Shown: positions 38,580 through 50,159 of the stretch, piece by piece | Position numbering within the stretch: the first letter of the stretch is position 1 | Layout: every line of letters begins with the position of its first letter | Source of the DNA: Lingula anatina | Lineage: Eukaryota > Animalia > Brachiopoda | Assembly: GCA_051362555.1 (NCBI GenBank) | Contig: JBPQGU010000016.1 | Span: 3,658,001-3,722,000, forward strand | DNA length: 64,000 nucleotides | Direction of reading: 5' to 3' | Made by a program: the position numbers and the translations under genes | Notes under the pieces: model-generated | Told to the model about the DNA's origin: nothing | What the model saw: only the letters and a program-made list of their open reading frames with translations | Database searches by the model: none

Positions 38580-41140
38580 ACTCCGTAGACGACATGGTTG
38601 ATGAGTCCAGTGGAAGCGAACACTTTACCTTGGCTGATGTAATGAAAAAAATGGAAAGTAAAAAGAAAGAGGCGAAAGACTATTTCGACCATAGACTGTC
38701 TACTTTTAATGCCGAAGCCGGTAAAAACTGAAAGTCGACAATATTTATCTTGGAAAATAGAAGGTAATCACCAGCAATTTGACTCAACAGTATTTGAAAA
38801 TAAGATTATTGTGGTGAACAAACTGACAGTGCCTTACAGTCTTGGCAAGAGAAACAAACTTATCAGAATTGCTGACACTTTCGACACTGTTAAGGAACAT
38901 ACTGTTAATCCTCTTGCTTGTGATTCTGAGAGCGAGAGAGCTACAAAGAAAATAAAAGAAAACAAAAAGGGAGCCAAAAAAAATAAGGTTATATCAGCAG
39001 ACCGACCGATAGGTGTGGCGATACTTCTCAGCGGAGAAGTCTTTATCGCAGCAGCGGGTCGTGACTTTGCTTAGCTTGTTGAGGAAAGGGCCATTTCATG
39101 CTTGAGTGACCAACTTACAGAGGGGAAAGTTATTCTACCAGAGTCCAACCCCAGAGATAAGGGAACATCTGGAATGGGATAGAAGGCGAAAGCATTGAAA
39201 AATAGATAAGTACCCGGTACATGTATGAGTGCGTTAGTTTCAATCAAGAGTTGCATAATTATGAACATGAGCAAAATCAGAAATTCATACCCGTGAAAAG
39301 TAGGTTAAGAACCAATTTAAGTTTTTGGGAAGAAGTAGGGTATTCATTTTTTATTCTAGACTTGATAAAAATGGTTATAAATTTCCGTTTATAGCAACAC
39401 CCTGTGGGATGAGGAAAGATAACAGCTTTCACCATTGAAAAATAAGTTTTTTGTTAAAAAGCTATTCTTGAATTGAAAAAGATGCGTTTGATTAAAAGGT
39501 GTAGCAAACAACCAATTGTTGATAACCCTTAAACAGAAGCAGTGCATAGCAGTGAAAAAAATAGATTGATTTTAGATGTACGAGAAGTAAACAAACATGT
39601 CCGTAAGCAGTCTGGTAGTTACGGACATTTGAGAACGGCTCTTATGTTTATGAAACTGTGTGGTTGGTTGATTAAATTTGATTCAGCTAATCAACATCTA
39701 GATATCAATTATCCTCATACGGATTATTGAGGTTTTTCATGGAAAATTCAAGATCAGCAGATTTATTTTTGATTCTTAGTTCTTCCATTTGGGTTATCAT
39801 TAGCACTTAATATTTTTTTTCAAAATTGACTTGGCAATTAATCAAAGAATGGTTCGATGTAATTGGATGACGGTCTGTGGTACTGCAGTAACATAGATAG
39901 ATTGGAGCATCAGGGTGCTGAGATCAAAGATGATATTGCTAAGTCAGGTTTTATGTAAATATATGAGAATACTATTTGGTCGTAGGTACAGAGTCTGGCA
40001 TTTATAGGCATCGAAATAGATATTAGTATTGGGGAAATCAAAGTTCTTGATATTAGAATAGCAAGTGCTAAGAGATGTGACATTATATTCGCACGAAAGT
40101 GAGCAGAGGTCTGGCTATGTCGGTCGGATTATACTATGTCTCATGTGTTGGGAAGTGTAAAACAACTAATGACAAATTATATTAGCATGGTTATTTCAAG
40201 TGCTTTTTCTTAGAATCAGAAAATGTGTGTGAAAGCATGCAGTCAAATTAGACCTTGGTGTAGTAAATCAGAATTTTACAGTTTTCACCTCAGTGCAATA
40301 AGGTAGTTTATTCTGATGCTAGTAGTACTGGGTTTGGAGGATATTGTGTGGAGACACCTAAAAGGGTGTGTTGCGGGGAATGGTCAGCTGACGAAGCGAC
40401 GGAGAGCTCTACTTACAGAGAACTGATAGCTGTTTTCAGGGTCCTGTTCTCCATGGCAAACACGTTGAGTGTTTTGAGATTGAAGTGGTTTTCTGATAGC
40501 AAAGATGTTGTAAACATTAAAGAAAAAAGTAGCATGAGGAGTAAATTACAACCTATTATTTTTGATGTTTTTCTTCTAATGGAGTTATTCAATAGAAATG
40601 AAAGGATACTGAGAGAAGAGAATACCCATGCAGATTATATAAGTAGAAGTGTGGATGTTGACAATTGGGGTATTTCTAAAGAATTATTCTCACATTTTGA
40701 TAAGATATGGGGTCCTCATGAAGTGGATTGGTTTACGTCCTGCTACAATGCTTAAGTACATATTTTTACTCTAGATTTTAGAATTCAGGAACAGTGAATG
40801 GGACACGCGTCATTTACGGATCTATCCTGGTCCTCAGATCAAATTCAGTCTCTTATTTCTACCAATGAGTTACAACAGACTCCTTGTTTCTATATTGTTT
40901 CCGACAGACTGTTCTGGTCCTTCACCTGTAAATATCCATCATGACGTAATCAAATGTGGCACCGAAACGTGCCCTTGGCTGACTCTGTTATGGTCTCAAA
41001 ATTTTTGAAGCTTTAAGCTTTTAGATGCTACCTAGTTTCTTATTGAAAAGTCGAGATACAGAGGTGGCAATTGGCTTTTGATAAATCGGGTTAAATCGTA
41101 TTTATGCCCAGTAAAAGTTCTTGAAAATATTTAGATTTCA
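38580..41140 (+). mobile_element. Decayed DIRS-order (DIRS/PAT-like) tyrosine-recombinase retrotransposon: gag-like ORF, RT, RNase H, start of a methyltransferase-like domain, YR fragment
   Basis: Gag-like KRNKLIRIAD...NPLACDSE (38709-39074). RT motifs RLILDVREVN, LVLPFGLS and LDDG (39560-39875) with stops and frameshifts. RNase H YSDASSTGFGGY...SSTYREL...WFSDS...NTHADYIS (40309-40660). WGPHEVDWF at ~40710. YR-like IEKSRYRGGNWLLINRVKSYLCPVKVL at ~41040-41130. Confidence 0.88.
39280..40790 (+). pseudogene. RT/RNase H pseudogene of the DIRS-order element
   Basis: Recognisable RT and RNase H motifs interrupted by multiple stops and frameshifts. Confidence 0.85.
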
Positions 41141-41385
41141 TTGGTAGGCCTCGATCCTAGCTACAGCTTTTCAAATTTACATGGCCTATTTTAAATATAA
41201 TATCGTTGAGTTACAATGACAGTTATGTATGAAAATTGTATAACGACGAGGGGGAGTATCGGTGCGCGTACAACAGTAATTTATGAATACATTTTACAGT
41301 ATTATGGAATATACATGTATATTAGCGCCCGTGGTCTTATTGATCAATTAATGTGTGAATGAATAAGTCAAATCCACATGTACAT

Positions 41386-41660
41386 CTGGGGCGGATCCAG
41401 GATTTTTTGGAAGGGTGGTGGTGTTTTTTTTACGGATTGACAAGGCCTCGGAGTGCAAGGCCGACCCTCACCCCTTTGGAGTTATGTTTGGGGCACGCTC
41501 GAGGGCCACGAAAAAGGGTGTTTTAGAGGGAAAATATCTCCATTTGATACGGTTTATAACTATTATTCAGCTATAGATTTTGGGTGTAATTTTTTTTATC
41601 AGAAATCGAAGGGAGGAGGGGGTCTGGATCCCCCCTGACACCCCCTCTTTATCCGCCATG
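41386..41660. mobile_element. MITE (CAGGGGCGGATCCAG family), 275 bp, 5-bp TSD tacat
   Basis: tacat|ctggggcggatccagga ... tttatccgccatg|tacat, with subterminal gggggtctggatcccccctgacaccccc. Confidence 0.85.
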
Positions 41661-42694
41661 TACATGTATTAGACCGTGAACATTCGTGAACAGTTTCAAC
41701 CACAGTCCCTCGCCTGAAATGAGCCATGCCTGTCTGTAATTTGCATAACAATTACTTGCTCATCGTAGTGCGAGCTGTATTTCCGAATGCTCAGTAGGCA
41801 GTAGGACACAGCTAGGTGAAGACGCAATGTTCAACGTGCGGGTGCAGTCGCAACGCAGTCGTATGAGGCGTAGAAGCAAATGCATGTTTCGTAAGTAGCA
41901 CTTTTTCTTCAGTATCGTATGTCAGTTGATAGAAAGAGAGTAGAAAAATGCAAAGAAATTTGCGACGAGTATTTACGGGTATGTTACTACTCTTTGTTGT
42001 CGCTGTCGCCTGTCGTTTCTGTTATGCCACTCAAAATATTATTTAGCAAATTAGTAAATGGGCATATTACCACAAAGATCACGGACATATTTACATGATG
42101 GTACCGTACTTGTCACAGTTCCGAGCTTTTGATCCTAAGACAATGAACGATAGTCAGTTTTAGTAGGTTTGTTAATTTCATTATACATGTACCTGTAAAA
42201 TGCTTGTAAGCAGTGTTGAAACACGGGGAAATGATTTATTCTAAAGCGAAATATGGTTCCCAAACGCGTGATGCAAAGCGATTTTAGATATTACAACTTT
42301 ATATAGTAGGTAAAATAAATAAATAGTGATAACCTACACAAACTAGAGGAGTGTTTTCAATATTTTTTTTTTTTCAAAGCAAGATATCTGAAATATCTTT
42401 ATTACTAACTTCAGGTCTTAAATGTGGCGTTAGGCAACATAGAATCGATTGCTTTTTTGGGGTGCTATCTGAGCCTGAACTATGGACAAGTCAGATATTG
42501 TTAACATTACCTTCTTATTTCAGAAGTCCACTGAGATACTGAGAACTGCACGGCACCTGGCTGCTAGCAACCAAGCCTGTCATTCACCCTCTGGAACCCT
42601 ACGCTCATCCATGCATCTTTTGTTTTAAAATTGAATAAATACGTTTGTCATTCCTTGTGTTCTTATTCACTTCCATATGAAATGATGATAAAAT

Positions 42695-42696
<2 letters not shown>

Positions 42697-42725
<29 letters not shown>
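42697..42725. repeat. (AAT)n microsatellite
   Basis: taataataataataataataataataata; the duplicate is at ~63890-63918. Confidence 0.9.
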
Positions 42726-43328
42726 GAGGGTTAGGGGTAAAATTGTAAAGATATTATTGTTTGAGCACTTTCAAATTAAATCTGCTAAAACTGATCTGTA
42801 AGAATTGTGTTTGGGATTGATGATTTCTCCAGTAACAGAGGATGTCGTAAATCGAAAGGATTAAAAGTTTTGTTAATATGCCCAGTATTTTGTAAATAAT
42901 TGAGAGCATTTTAAGAATACATCTACAGGATTTCCAACAGCCCACATTTATAAATACAATTTGTATGAATTTACGATATTGCTTTTTTAAAAATCTGTCC
43001 TACATTTTTTATAGTGAGACGGGTTTTTTAATATCTATTTATAAATTAGTTCATCCTCCCAGATAAAATTTTCTTAATTTAATATAAGTCCATATTCTAA
43101 GGGTTTTGGTTTGCTAGAGAAAATTGTTTCAAATTTCACGACCTTCTCATCAAACGAACGCTTCAATTTTAAATTAAAACGGAAATATAAGAGATCTTGA
43201 CACACTTTTGAAATGGGAACAATGAAATTTGCTCCTCCACCCAAAACTTAGAACTGCATATTCTGATATGTTTGAAAATGTCTCATTAAAATCATAATTA
43301 AAATAAATTGATCCTTTTATATAAAGAA

Positions 43329-43819
43329 ATGGACTCGCCCCACCTGTCACCCCTCAAATCGAATGGACTTGTCCCACCTGTCACCCCTCAGATGAAATGG
43401 ACTCGCCCCACCTGTCACCCCTCAAATCGAATGGACTCGCCCCACCTGTCACCCCTCAAATCGAATGGACTCGTCCCACCTGTCACCCCTCAAATGGAAT
43501 GGACTCACCCCACCTGTCACCCCTCAAATCGAATGGACTCGCCCCACCTGTCACCCCTCAAATGGAATGGACTCGTCCCACCTGTCACCCCTCAGATGGA
43601 ATGGACTCGCCCCACCTGTCACCCCTCAGATGAAATGGACTCGCCCCACCTGTCACCCCTAAGATGAAATGGACTCGCCCCACCTGTCACCCCTCAGATG
43701 AAATGGACTCGCCCCACCTGTCACCCCTCAGATGAAATGGACTCGCCCCACCTGTCACCCCTCAAATCGAATGGACTCGTCCCACCTGTCACCCCTCAAA
43801 TCGAATGGACTCGACCCAC
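43329..43819. repeat. 34-bp minisatellite, ~14.4 copies (atggactcgccccacctgtcacccctcaaatcga)
   Basis: The unit recurs every 34 bp from 43329 to 43805, with variant endings aaatcga, aaatgga and agatgaa. Confidence 0.97.
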
Positions 43820-43840
43820 TTGAAAACTTTCAATGCAGGT

Positions 43841-46734
43841 CAGTGGTGGGTGGAAGGGTATCACGTGATTTTCGGGAACCAATGAAATAAGCAGGAATTT
43901 TACACTCCGTTATAGGTAAACAAAATGGCACGTTCGACGCACCAGGAGGATTGTTTATTTAGGAGGCATGCACATAAATTTGGTGGGTATTTTAAAAGCA
44001 TTTTACTATTTACAACGATCAGTACCATCTCAACTTAACTCATGTGAAGTGATTTTCAAGTGTTTGGTCTGTTTATGTTTTTATGACAATTTAAATTAGG
44101 CATAGCTTCATATGTAGTTTGACAATTGTAAACTGAAGTTTTCACACCACAAGCCTTCTTTCAAGTGAAATATCTCGAAAAGCACTGGGACGATTTTTTT
44201 CCAACTTTTCAGTAATGTTGCTCATTTATTTGTTGACAAAAAGTGCCGATGGCACCCGATGGCACCCCTGGATCTTTGGAGTTATAGACGGTATAATCCT
44301 TCATGCCCAATTACGACCATTTTTGTAGGAATGCGTCTTTATAATGTTAAACTCCCTCATTAAAAAGCATATATCTGAAAAAGTAAACGGTAGATTTTTT
44401 CCAAATCTTAATCTGACGTTTTTCGTGTACCTTTTTACATAATATGTAGCCTGCAACTGACAGCACCCCTGGGTCTTGGGATATATAGACAATGCAGTGC
44501 CATGGCAAATTACGGCCATTTTTGTTTGAGTGAATTTTGGATCACGCAGACCCCGTCTTTCAAATCAAATATCTGAAAAAGCAATCGGACAATTATTTTC
44601 AAAATTGTCAGAAATGTTGCTTAGATATTGGTTAGCAAAAAGAGCCTATGGCACCCAATGGCACCCCAGGATCTTGAGAATTATAGGCTGTATATAGTGC
44701 ATGCCAAAGTACTGTTTTGGTTATCCCACGGCCAGCATTTATAACAACAGCATAATTGCACTTGTATATCACTTACATGCTTGTCTGTATTTTAAAGCAT
44801 AATGTGCAATCTGATCACTATACAAGCACATTCCTACAACTGTTGAAGGGCTAGTCATGGTATTAGTCAGTTACAACTACTTGTCATTCACTGTGTATGA
44901 TGTACAAGAGCCTATTATATCTCAACTGTAGCTCCATATAATAGCACTCTTTTATGCCACATACAGTAATTGGCTCAAGTACATATCAAATAAACATTTT
45001 TTTTTAAATACTGATGATAGTCTCATATCTTTTTCAGCATGGACTACAATTTTTATTTTTGAAATGCTGTGCACTATAAAGGTGAGAAGTAATTCATCGG
45101 AATGCCATAGTTGTAAACTTGTGACTTATGTTTCCATTGCTCATCTATTTCGTTAACATTGACAAAAACATGTTCTGTGTTTGTTTTGCCTAAACTTTCA
45201 TTTTAATCTTACTATCATAAAAATTGAAATCATATTTAAGTATAATGGTAACAGGTTACCTAAAAAGTTGAAGCCTTATCCAGTTAAATAATAATAATAT
45301 CAAATATAAAACATTTACTGCTTTTTAATTTCAGGGAATGGAAACAGCTTTTAACCTCATAATGGGATACCGCCTATGGATTGTAGCTGAAATTAGAGAC
45401 TTGAGATAACAGGAATGATGTTTGTTATTTCCAAAATCTGTGCCTTCATGGAGTGTGACATTGTAATAAACATGATTGCTTTTTAATTACTCAGTCATCA
45501 AATGTTAAATTAGTAGTTTGTCACAATATCAAATATTGTATTATCTGCATAGAGAATTCCCCTCATCTTTTGTAAGTTAAGTTTTGATTAATTAAGTAAA
45601 GTGAGTAGTAAGTCTCATGAACTTGGAGAAAATTAAATACTGCAGATCTTGAAAAAACTTCGTTTATTGTGATTTCTGTCAGGTATGAGGATTTGTAAAT
45701 GTTGATAATACATTACATTTTCTGTCTCTTATTATATGCATTTACCATGATTTCTCACTCTGAGTAATGTTCGCATCTGGCAAACTAACTTGAAATTCAA
45801 GGCATATTTTATAGTTTTAAAAAAGTGATATTAAAATCTGACCAATACGAATTTAAAGTAATCTGAATTCTATCAGGATTTCAGTCTTGCCTGTGCTATG
45901 TATGTATTTGTAGGTTGTCACCCTTTTAAATCATTTAAAAAGTATTATTATATTATTTCAATATTTTGTGAATATTTAAATGAGTTATAAAATTTATAAG
46001 AAAAATGTAAGAAATAAAATATACTGTTAATTATTTTTTTATGAAATATGTGAAATAAAAAGTTTATAATCATATCAAAGTTCTTCCATTTGTTTATGAT
46101 AATTTTGTCATTTTACATTTTCTTTGCCTTAAACTTTGGTCAAGCTTACTTTCCAAAAAAAAAAAAAAAAAAAACTTTGTCACATGCCCTTTCTTATAGT
46201 TATCTGAATTATCAACTTGTCATAATTTACTATTTTAATTTCTAGAGTTAATTATTATTCTTATTCAAACAAGAAATTATCAATTATACACAGAAAAATT
46301 AAAGTCAATAACAAATCAACACTGCCAGCAAATTTTACTCTGCCCAAGCTACAGTCACTATATATAGGATAGTAGGCCTACACACTGACAGAGATGTGAT
46401 ACCTATGCCACGGTGACATTTTACAACTCTACTCGTCGGTTTGTTGATCATAAATTGCACATTTTTTCAAGTGTTTCATTATTAGTTTGTAGCATCCATA
46501 TTTATATTTATATACATTTATACATAATGAAACAAAGTCGGCGTAACGTTACGCAAATGCCCCAATAAACAATGCATCGCACACAGTTGCGCCAACGCTT
46601 TACTGGACGAAGACGCAGGAAGACGTCGCCGGGAGCTCACTTTCGATGTTCACTCTTCGACGGCAAAACGTCAAATGACTGACGTGCGTGCGCATCATTT
46701 GACGTATCACGTGATACCCTTCCAACCACCACTG
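43841..46734. mobile_element. Non-autonomous TIR DNA transposon, 2894 bp, 29-bp TIR, 9-bp TSD (Mutator-like by TSD length)
   Basis: aatgcaggt|cagtggtgggtggaagggtatcacgtgat ... atcacgtgatacccttccaaccaccactg|aatgcaggt. One mismatch between the TIRs and no transposase ORF inside. Confidence 0.92.
44155..44710. repeat. Diverged ~200-bp tandem repeat (~3 units) inside the TIR element
   Basis: atatctcgaaaa/atatctgaaaaa at ~44170, ~44370 and ~44569; gcacccctgg/gcaccccagg at ~44262, ~44463 and ~44661. Confidence 0.75.
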
Positions 46735-47544
46735 AATGCAGGTCGTCTCCTTACAGGGTCTAGCTATCCAGTGACCAACCAGGAGCATAGCTTGCACTGC
46801 GATGCGCGACTTTTTCTTATGCAAATTACAACTGGTACAGTGCATGGCACATTTGAGGAGTTGCTGTGGAAATTGGTCTCAAAGAACGGCGAAATTATGG
46901 AAATTATTTTACTATTGTGACAAGGCTATTACCCGCGTAGACCTATTTGTCACCATACATAATATTTTTCTAGGACAACTAGTTTATATTAAATCAAAAA
47001 CTAAAAATAGCAATGAAGATAGGTATAACAAGTAAATGATGATGCTCATACATTCGGGGAGTAGCTTTGCGTAGGATGAAATATATTGTATTGTACGCCC
47101 CCCTGGCTGTCGATTGTAAGTAATAGACATAAACTGGCCCGCTCGAAGATTCTGCGGGTCCGTGGTCAAAGTTAAATAAAAATAACCATGATTAAGGGAA
47201 GTTATTGAAGTTATCAATTTAAGATTTTAGAGATACTAATAAATTTACCTTTTTTAACACTGGTCGTATTCACAAAAGATCGTAAACATTACAGAGAGAA
47301 GGAAAAGTACCCAAGAGAAGGGAGGTGGGGGGGGGGGGGGGTGTGTGAAGGAGCGCAATGTGAAACAAATTAATATTATGTTCTTATTTATCTATTCAAT
47401 TTCATAAATAATTTGTAAACTCTTCACTCTTGATTCAAATAAATAAAAAGCAACAATTAAAACTTGTAGTACTTGCCACAGAAGCCAAACTGAAGTAAAA
47501 CATTTGAAATAGCATAAAAAGAGGAAGACAAGTAAAAAAAATTA

Positions 47545-48160
47545 AATTCTCAAATTTTTAGAAACTAATAATCTTTCTTCGACAGTATCCTTAACATAAC
47601 CGTCTTTTGTGTTTTCAGATCGCCATCTACCGTGTTTCTTAAACAGTCTGTCTTTAGTCCCTGCATTAGAATCCAGCATATGAAATCAAACAAACGGAAA
47701 GTACTCGGAGATCCTTCAAAGTGACTTCAGAACTCATAAAATTAGTAACCAATTTAGAAATGTGCTTAGCAGTTACAGGTTCCTTTTTTGTTACTCTATG
47801 ATCTTTCCGTCTCTGAGATGCTTCCCTCACTGCAATAACGAATTTTGACTCGCAATTTCGGATTTTTCTTACAGTTGGCTGTACCATGAAACCATTTTAA
47901 AGTGTAAAAAGATGTCTAAGCCGCAGCAGAATAATTACAAGTTTGTGACAAATTTTGAAGATAAAAAGCAACAATCGAGTCTTTCGCTGTAAAGAAAGAG
48001 GTCACACCGATCGTATTACACCGTTCAAGCCATTTTTGGAAGCCGTAAGAATATTTTCTCACTGTGTTGTCTGCTCTTGACTTCAAAATGACATCTGGTA
48101 ATGAATCTGCTAAAGCCTTCAAACTTTTATTGCTTGTAACCTCCACGTCTTGGAGGATAG
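47545..48160 (-). pseudogene. Tyrosine recombinase pseudogene (DIRS-order), central catalytic region deleted
   Basis: YAGF is joined directly to NAGTKDRLFKKHGRW...GYV, so the first catalytic Arg region and the HxxR motif are missing. Frameshifts are present. Confidence 0.85.
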
Positions 48161-48374
48161 CATTATCAAGAAAACATGAAAAAGGAAAAAAAGAAAATTT
48201 TTGAAAACAAAACTCTAGCAATCGTTCCCATAATCTCTGTTCATCCTGGACAATAATCATGTCCATGTTAACTGTCATTGATCAATGATTGTGATCCTAA
48301 TGGCCATTTCTTCCATTCCTTCCTTCAATGTTGCAGAACTCCATTACAGCATGTTGTATCGATAACCCATTGGT

Positions 48375-48540
48375 AACTAGAGCGCAGACCTCCGCCAAGG
48401 CAGCGATTTTTTATTATTATTGATTTTTGATTGATTATTGATCCGGATCACCACCAAAAAATAATCATCTCTTCCTTGGCCCACTTCGTGCAGTTCCTGA
48501 AAAATTCATCAAAATCGGTCTAAGAAATACATAAACAAAG
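48375..48540. mobile_element. Helentron-associated (HINE/DINE-1-like) fragment nested in the DIRS-order element
   Basis: aactagagcgcagacctccgccaagg...gatccggatcaccaccaaaa...aaattcatcaaaatcgg, motifs I recognise from widespread non-autonomous Helentrons. Confidence 0.65.
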
Positions 48541-49443
48541 CCATCTCCATTATATCAATGATCCAGTGATCGTCTGTTTATCTCTCCTTCGAAGAAAGTG
48601 AGTTTTAAATTCTATAAACAGATGACCAATTATTCATCTACTTTAAATCCCTTTAAATATGAAAAACTTATTCGTATTTAAAACAAATGGTCCCAAACCG
48701 GGTTTTCTGGCATCTGAATAGACCGTTTTTAACTTACTAGGCAAGCTTTGTACACGTAGACTTTTCTCATTTAAAAAAAAAAAAGAAAACTAAATTGTCT
48801 TTCCAAAAATTAATTCTTTAATGCAAGACATTCGTCTTTAATATTAATATTAAAATCCCAATGCTTCCTCTAGTTATTTATCTAGATACATTTCCAATCA
48901 ATGGAGACATAATAATAAAACAGAAATAATTTTACCTGTACCCCTGGCCAATTTTATAGCTGTTATATACGGTAAATCTGAAACCAATTCGTCTAAAAGA
49001 CACAGAGCATTACTAGTACATGTAGAAAGCCTTCTTTCGGGAATAAACAATCCCCTTACTTCCATGTCCCAAATAATCCCCAACCATTCCAATTTGTTGA
49101 CTGGTTCTAATTTACTTTTTTCAGCGTTTAAAACAAAATCTGCTTTAAACAGATCCATTTTAATTTTTTAGAATGTAGTTTTAAATGTAATATATTTTTC
49201 TAGGGAATTTTCAGACACAATACCGTCATCTAAATAAACAACAATGGGGATTCCATTTTTCTCCAATACCCAACTAAACGTCTAAGTATTTTAGTAAAAA
49301 TAAACGGTGCTGAAGAAAGGCCAAACGAAAGTACCAAAAAAAAAAAAAAAAAAAAAAAAAGAATTCTTTCCGTTGATTTAAAAAAGTTTGAGATGCCGGA
49401 GCAATATCTAAATGGTGAATAAATAAATAAACACAACACTTAA

Positions 49444-50159
49444 CTGCAGAATTATCTCAACAAATATTATCTGTGGTCTTGCTCACATTCCCAAAAGTGA
49501 GAGTGTAATATGCCTTTGGTCCATGCAACCAGATCTCTTGTCCTCCTTGTCTGTTCAGCCTAAAATATAAAATTGCAAGACAGCTATTTAATTCTTAATG
49601 CATAACTCTATTAAAAAGGAAAATGTCCATGATGGAAAAAAATTCATTTATTTTTTCTACCTGAAGATATGGAAAATGGTGCAATAGTTTGTGTTGTTCT
49701 CATGCATATCTACTCACAGTGATTTTTGCCCCATGCCAAATGTCCCACGAATGTTTTATCCCGATTCATTTTTTTTTTCTGAAATAAGAAAAATTTAGCT
49801 AAATATATAAAGAGATATAACAAAAAAATAGCAAGAATTGCAACTAAATAATCACATACATGTAGATACATTTCACATACTAAATTTGCTTTCTAATTAT
49901 TATAGTAAGACCTAAACAGCACTTTGTACTTAAGTGTGCAACAAGGGCAACTTTGACCACTTCTGTTGCACTGATTCCTTTTTTTTTTTCAGGAAATCCA
50001 TAGCCCTGACAAACCCTTCCTTCTCCATTACAGAGCTACTCAGCTTGGTTTCTTTCTTCCTTACAACTTCTGCTTCCAACACATCCCCTGTTTCATAGTC
50101 AACAATAATGCTCGCGCAATATTGTGCACTATGTTCTGGGCTGTCCATTCTGCCATCAA
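49444..50159 (-). pseudogene. Intron-containing DDE transposase remnant, Kolobok-like
   Basis: Three AG-preceded segments on the minus strand: 50159-49930 DGRMDSPEHSAQYC...SSSVMEKEGFVRAMDFL; from 49778 IKHSWDIWHGAK; from 49559 DLVAWTKGILHSHFW. Motif order matches the DGRxDSPGH/MEKEG/DxWH/NHFW transposase family. Confidence 0.75.

Larger units (their letters stand above)
32730..42807 (+). repeat. Segmental (tandem) duplication, copy 1
   Basis: Matches 53891-64000. ORF pairs show a constant offset of 21161 (33222/54383, 33984/55145), then 21193 (35021/56214 through 42351/63544). Confidence 0.97.
47545..49345 (-). mobile_element. Second decayed, internally deleted DIRS-order retrotransposon (RT, RNase H stub, tyrosine recombinase)
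   Basis: Minus-strand LVLSFGLSSAPFIFTK, GIPIVVYLDDG (~49225-49255), LEWLGIIWD, KELIFWKDNL and VYSDA. YR N-terminal region SLPDVILKSRADNTVRKYSYGFQKW, KKEPVT...DLRVLSVCLISYAGF, and C-terminus DRLFKKHGRWRSENTKDGYVKD (~47580-47655). Confidence 0.92.

Noticed and set aside
42727-42738. Telomeric repeat (gggttagggg)
   Set aside because: Only one TTAGGG unit is present, which is expected by chance.
43308-43667. Repetitive Pro/His-rich protein ORFs
   Set aside because: These are translations of a 34-bp minisatellite; the same peptide appears in all three frames.
47666-48278. Phage integrase or bacterial contamination
   Set aside because: The recombinase lies downstream of RT/RNase H remnants on the same strand, the DIRS-order layout, among eukaryotic TEs and intron-containing sequence.
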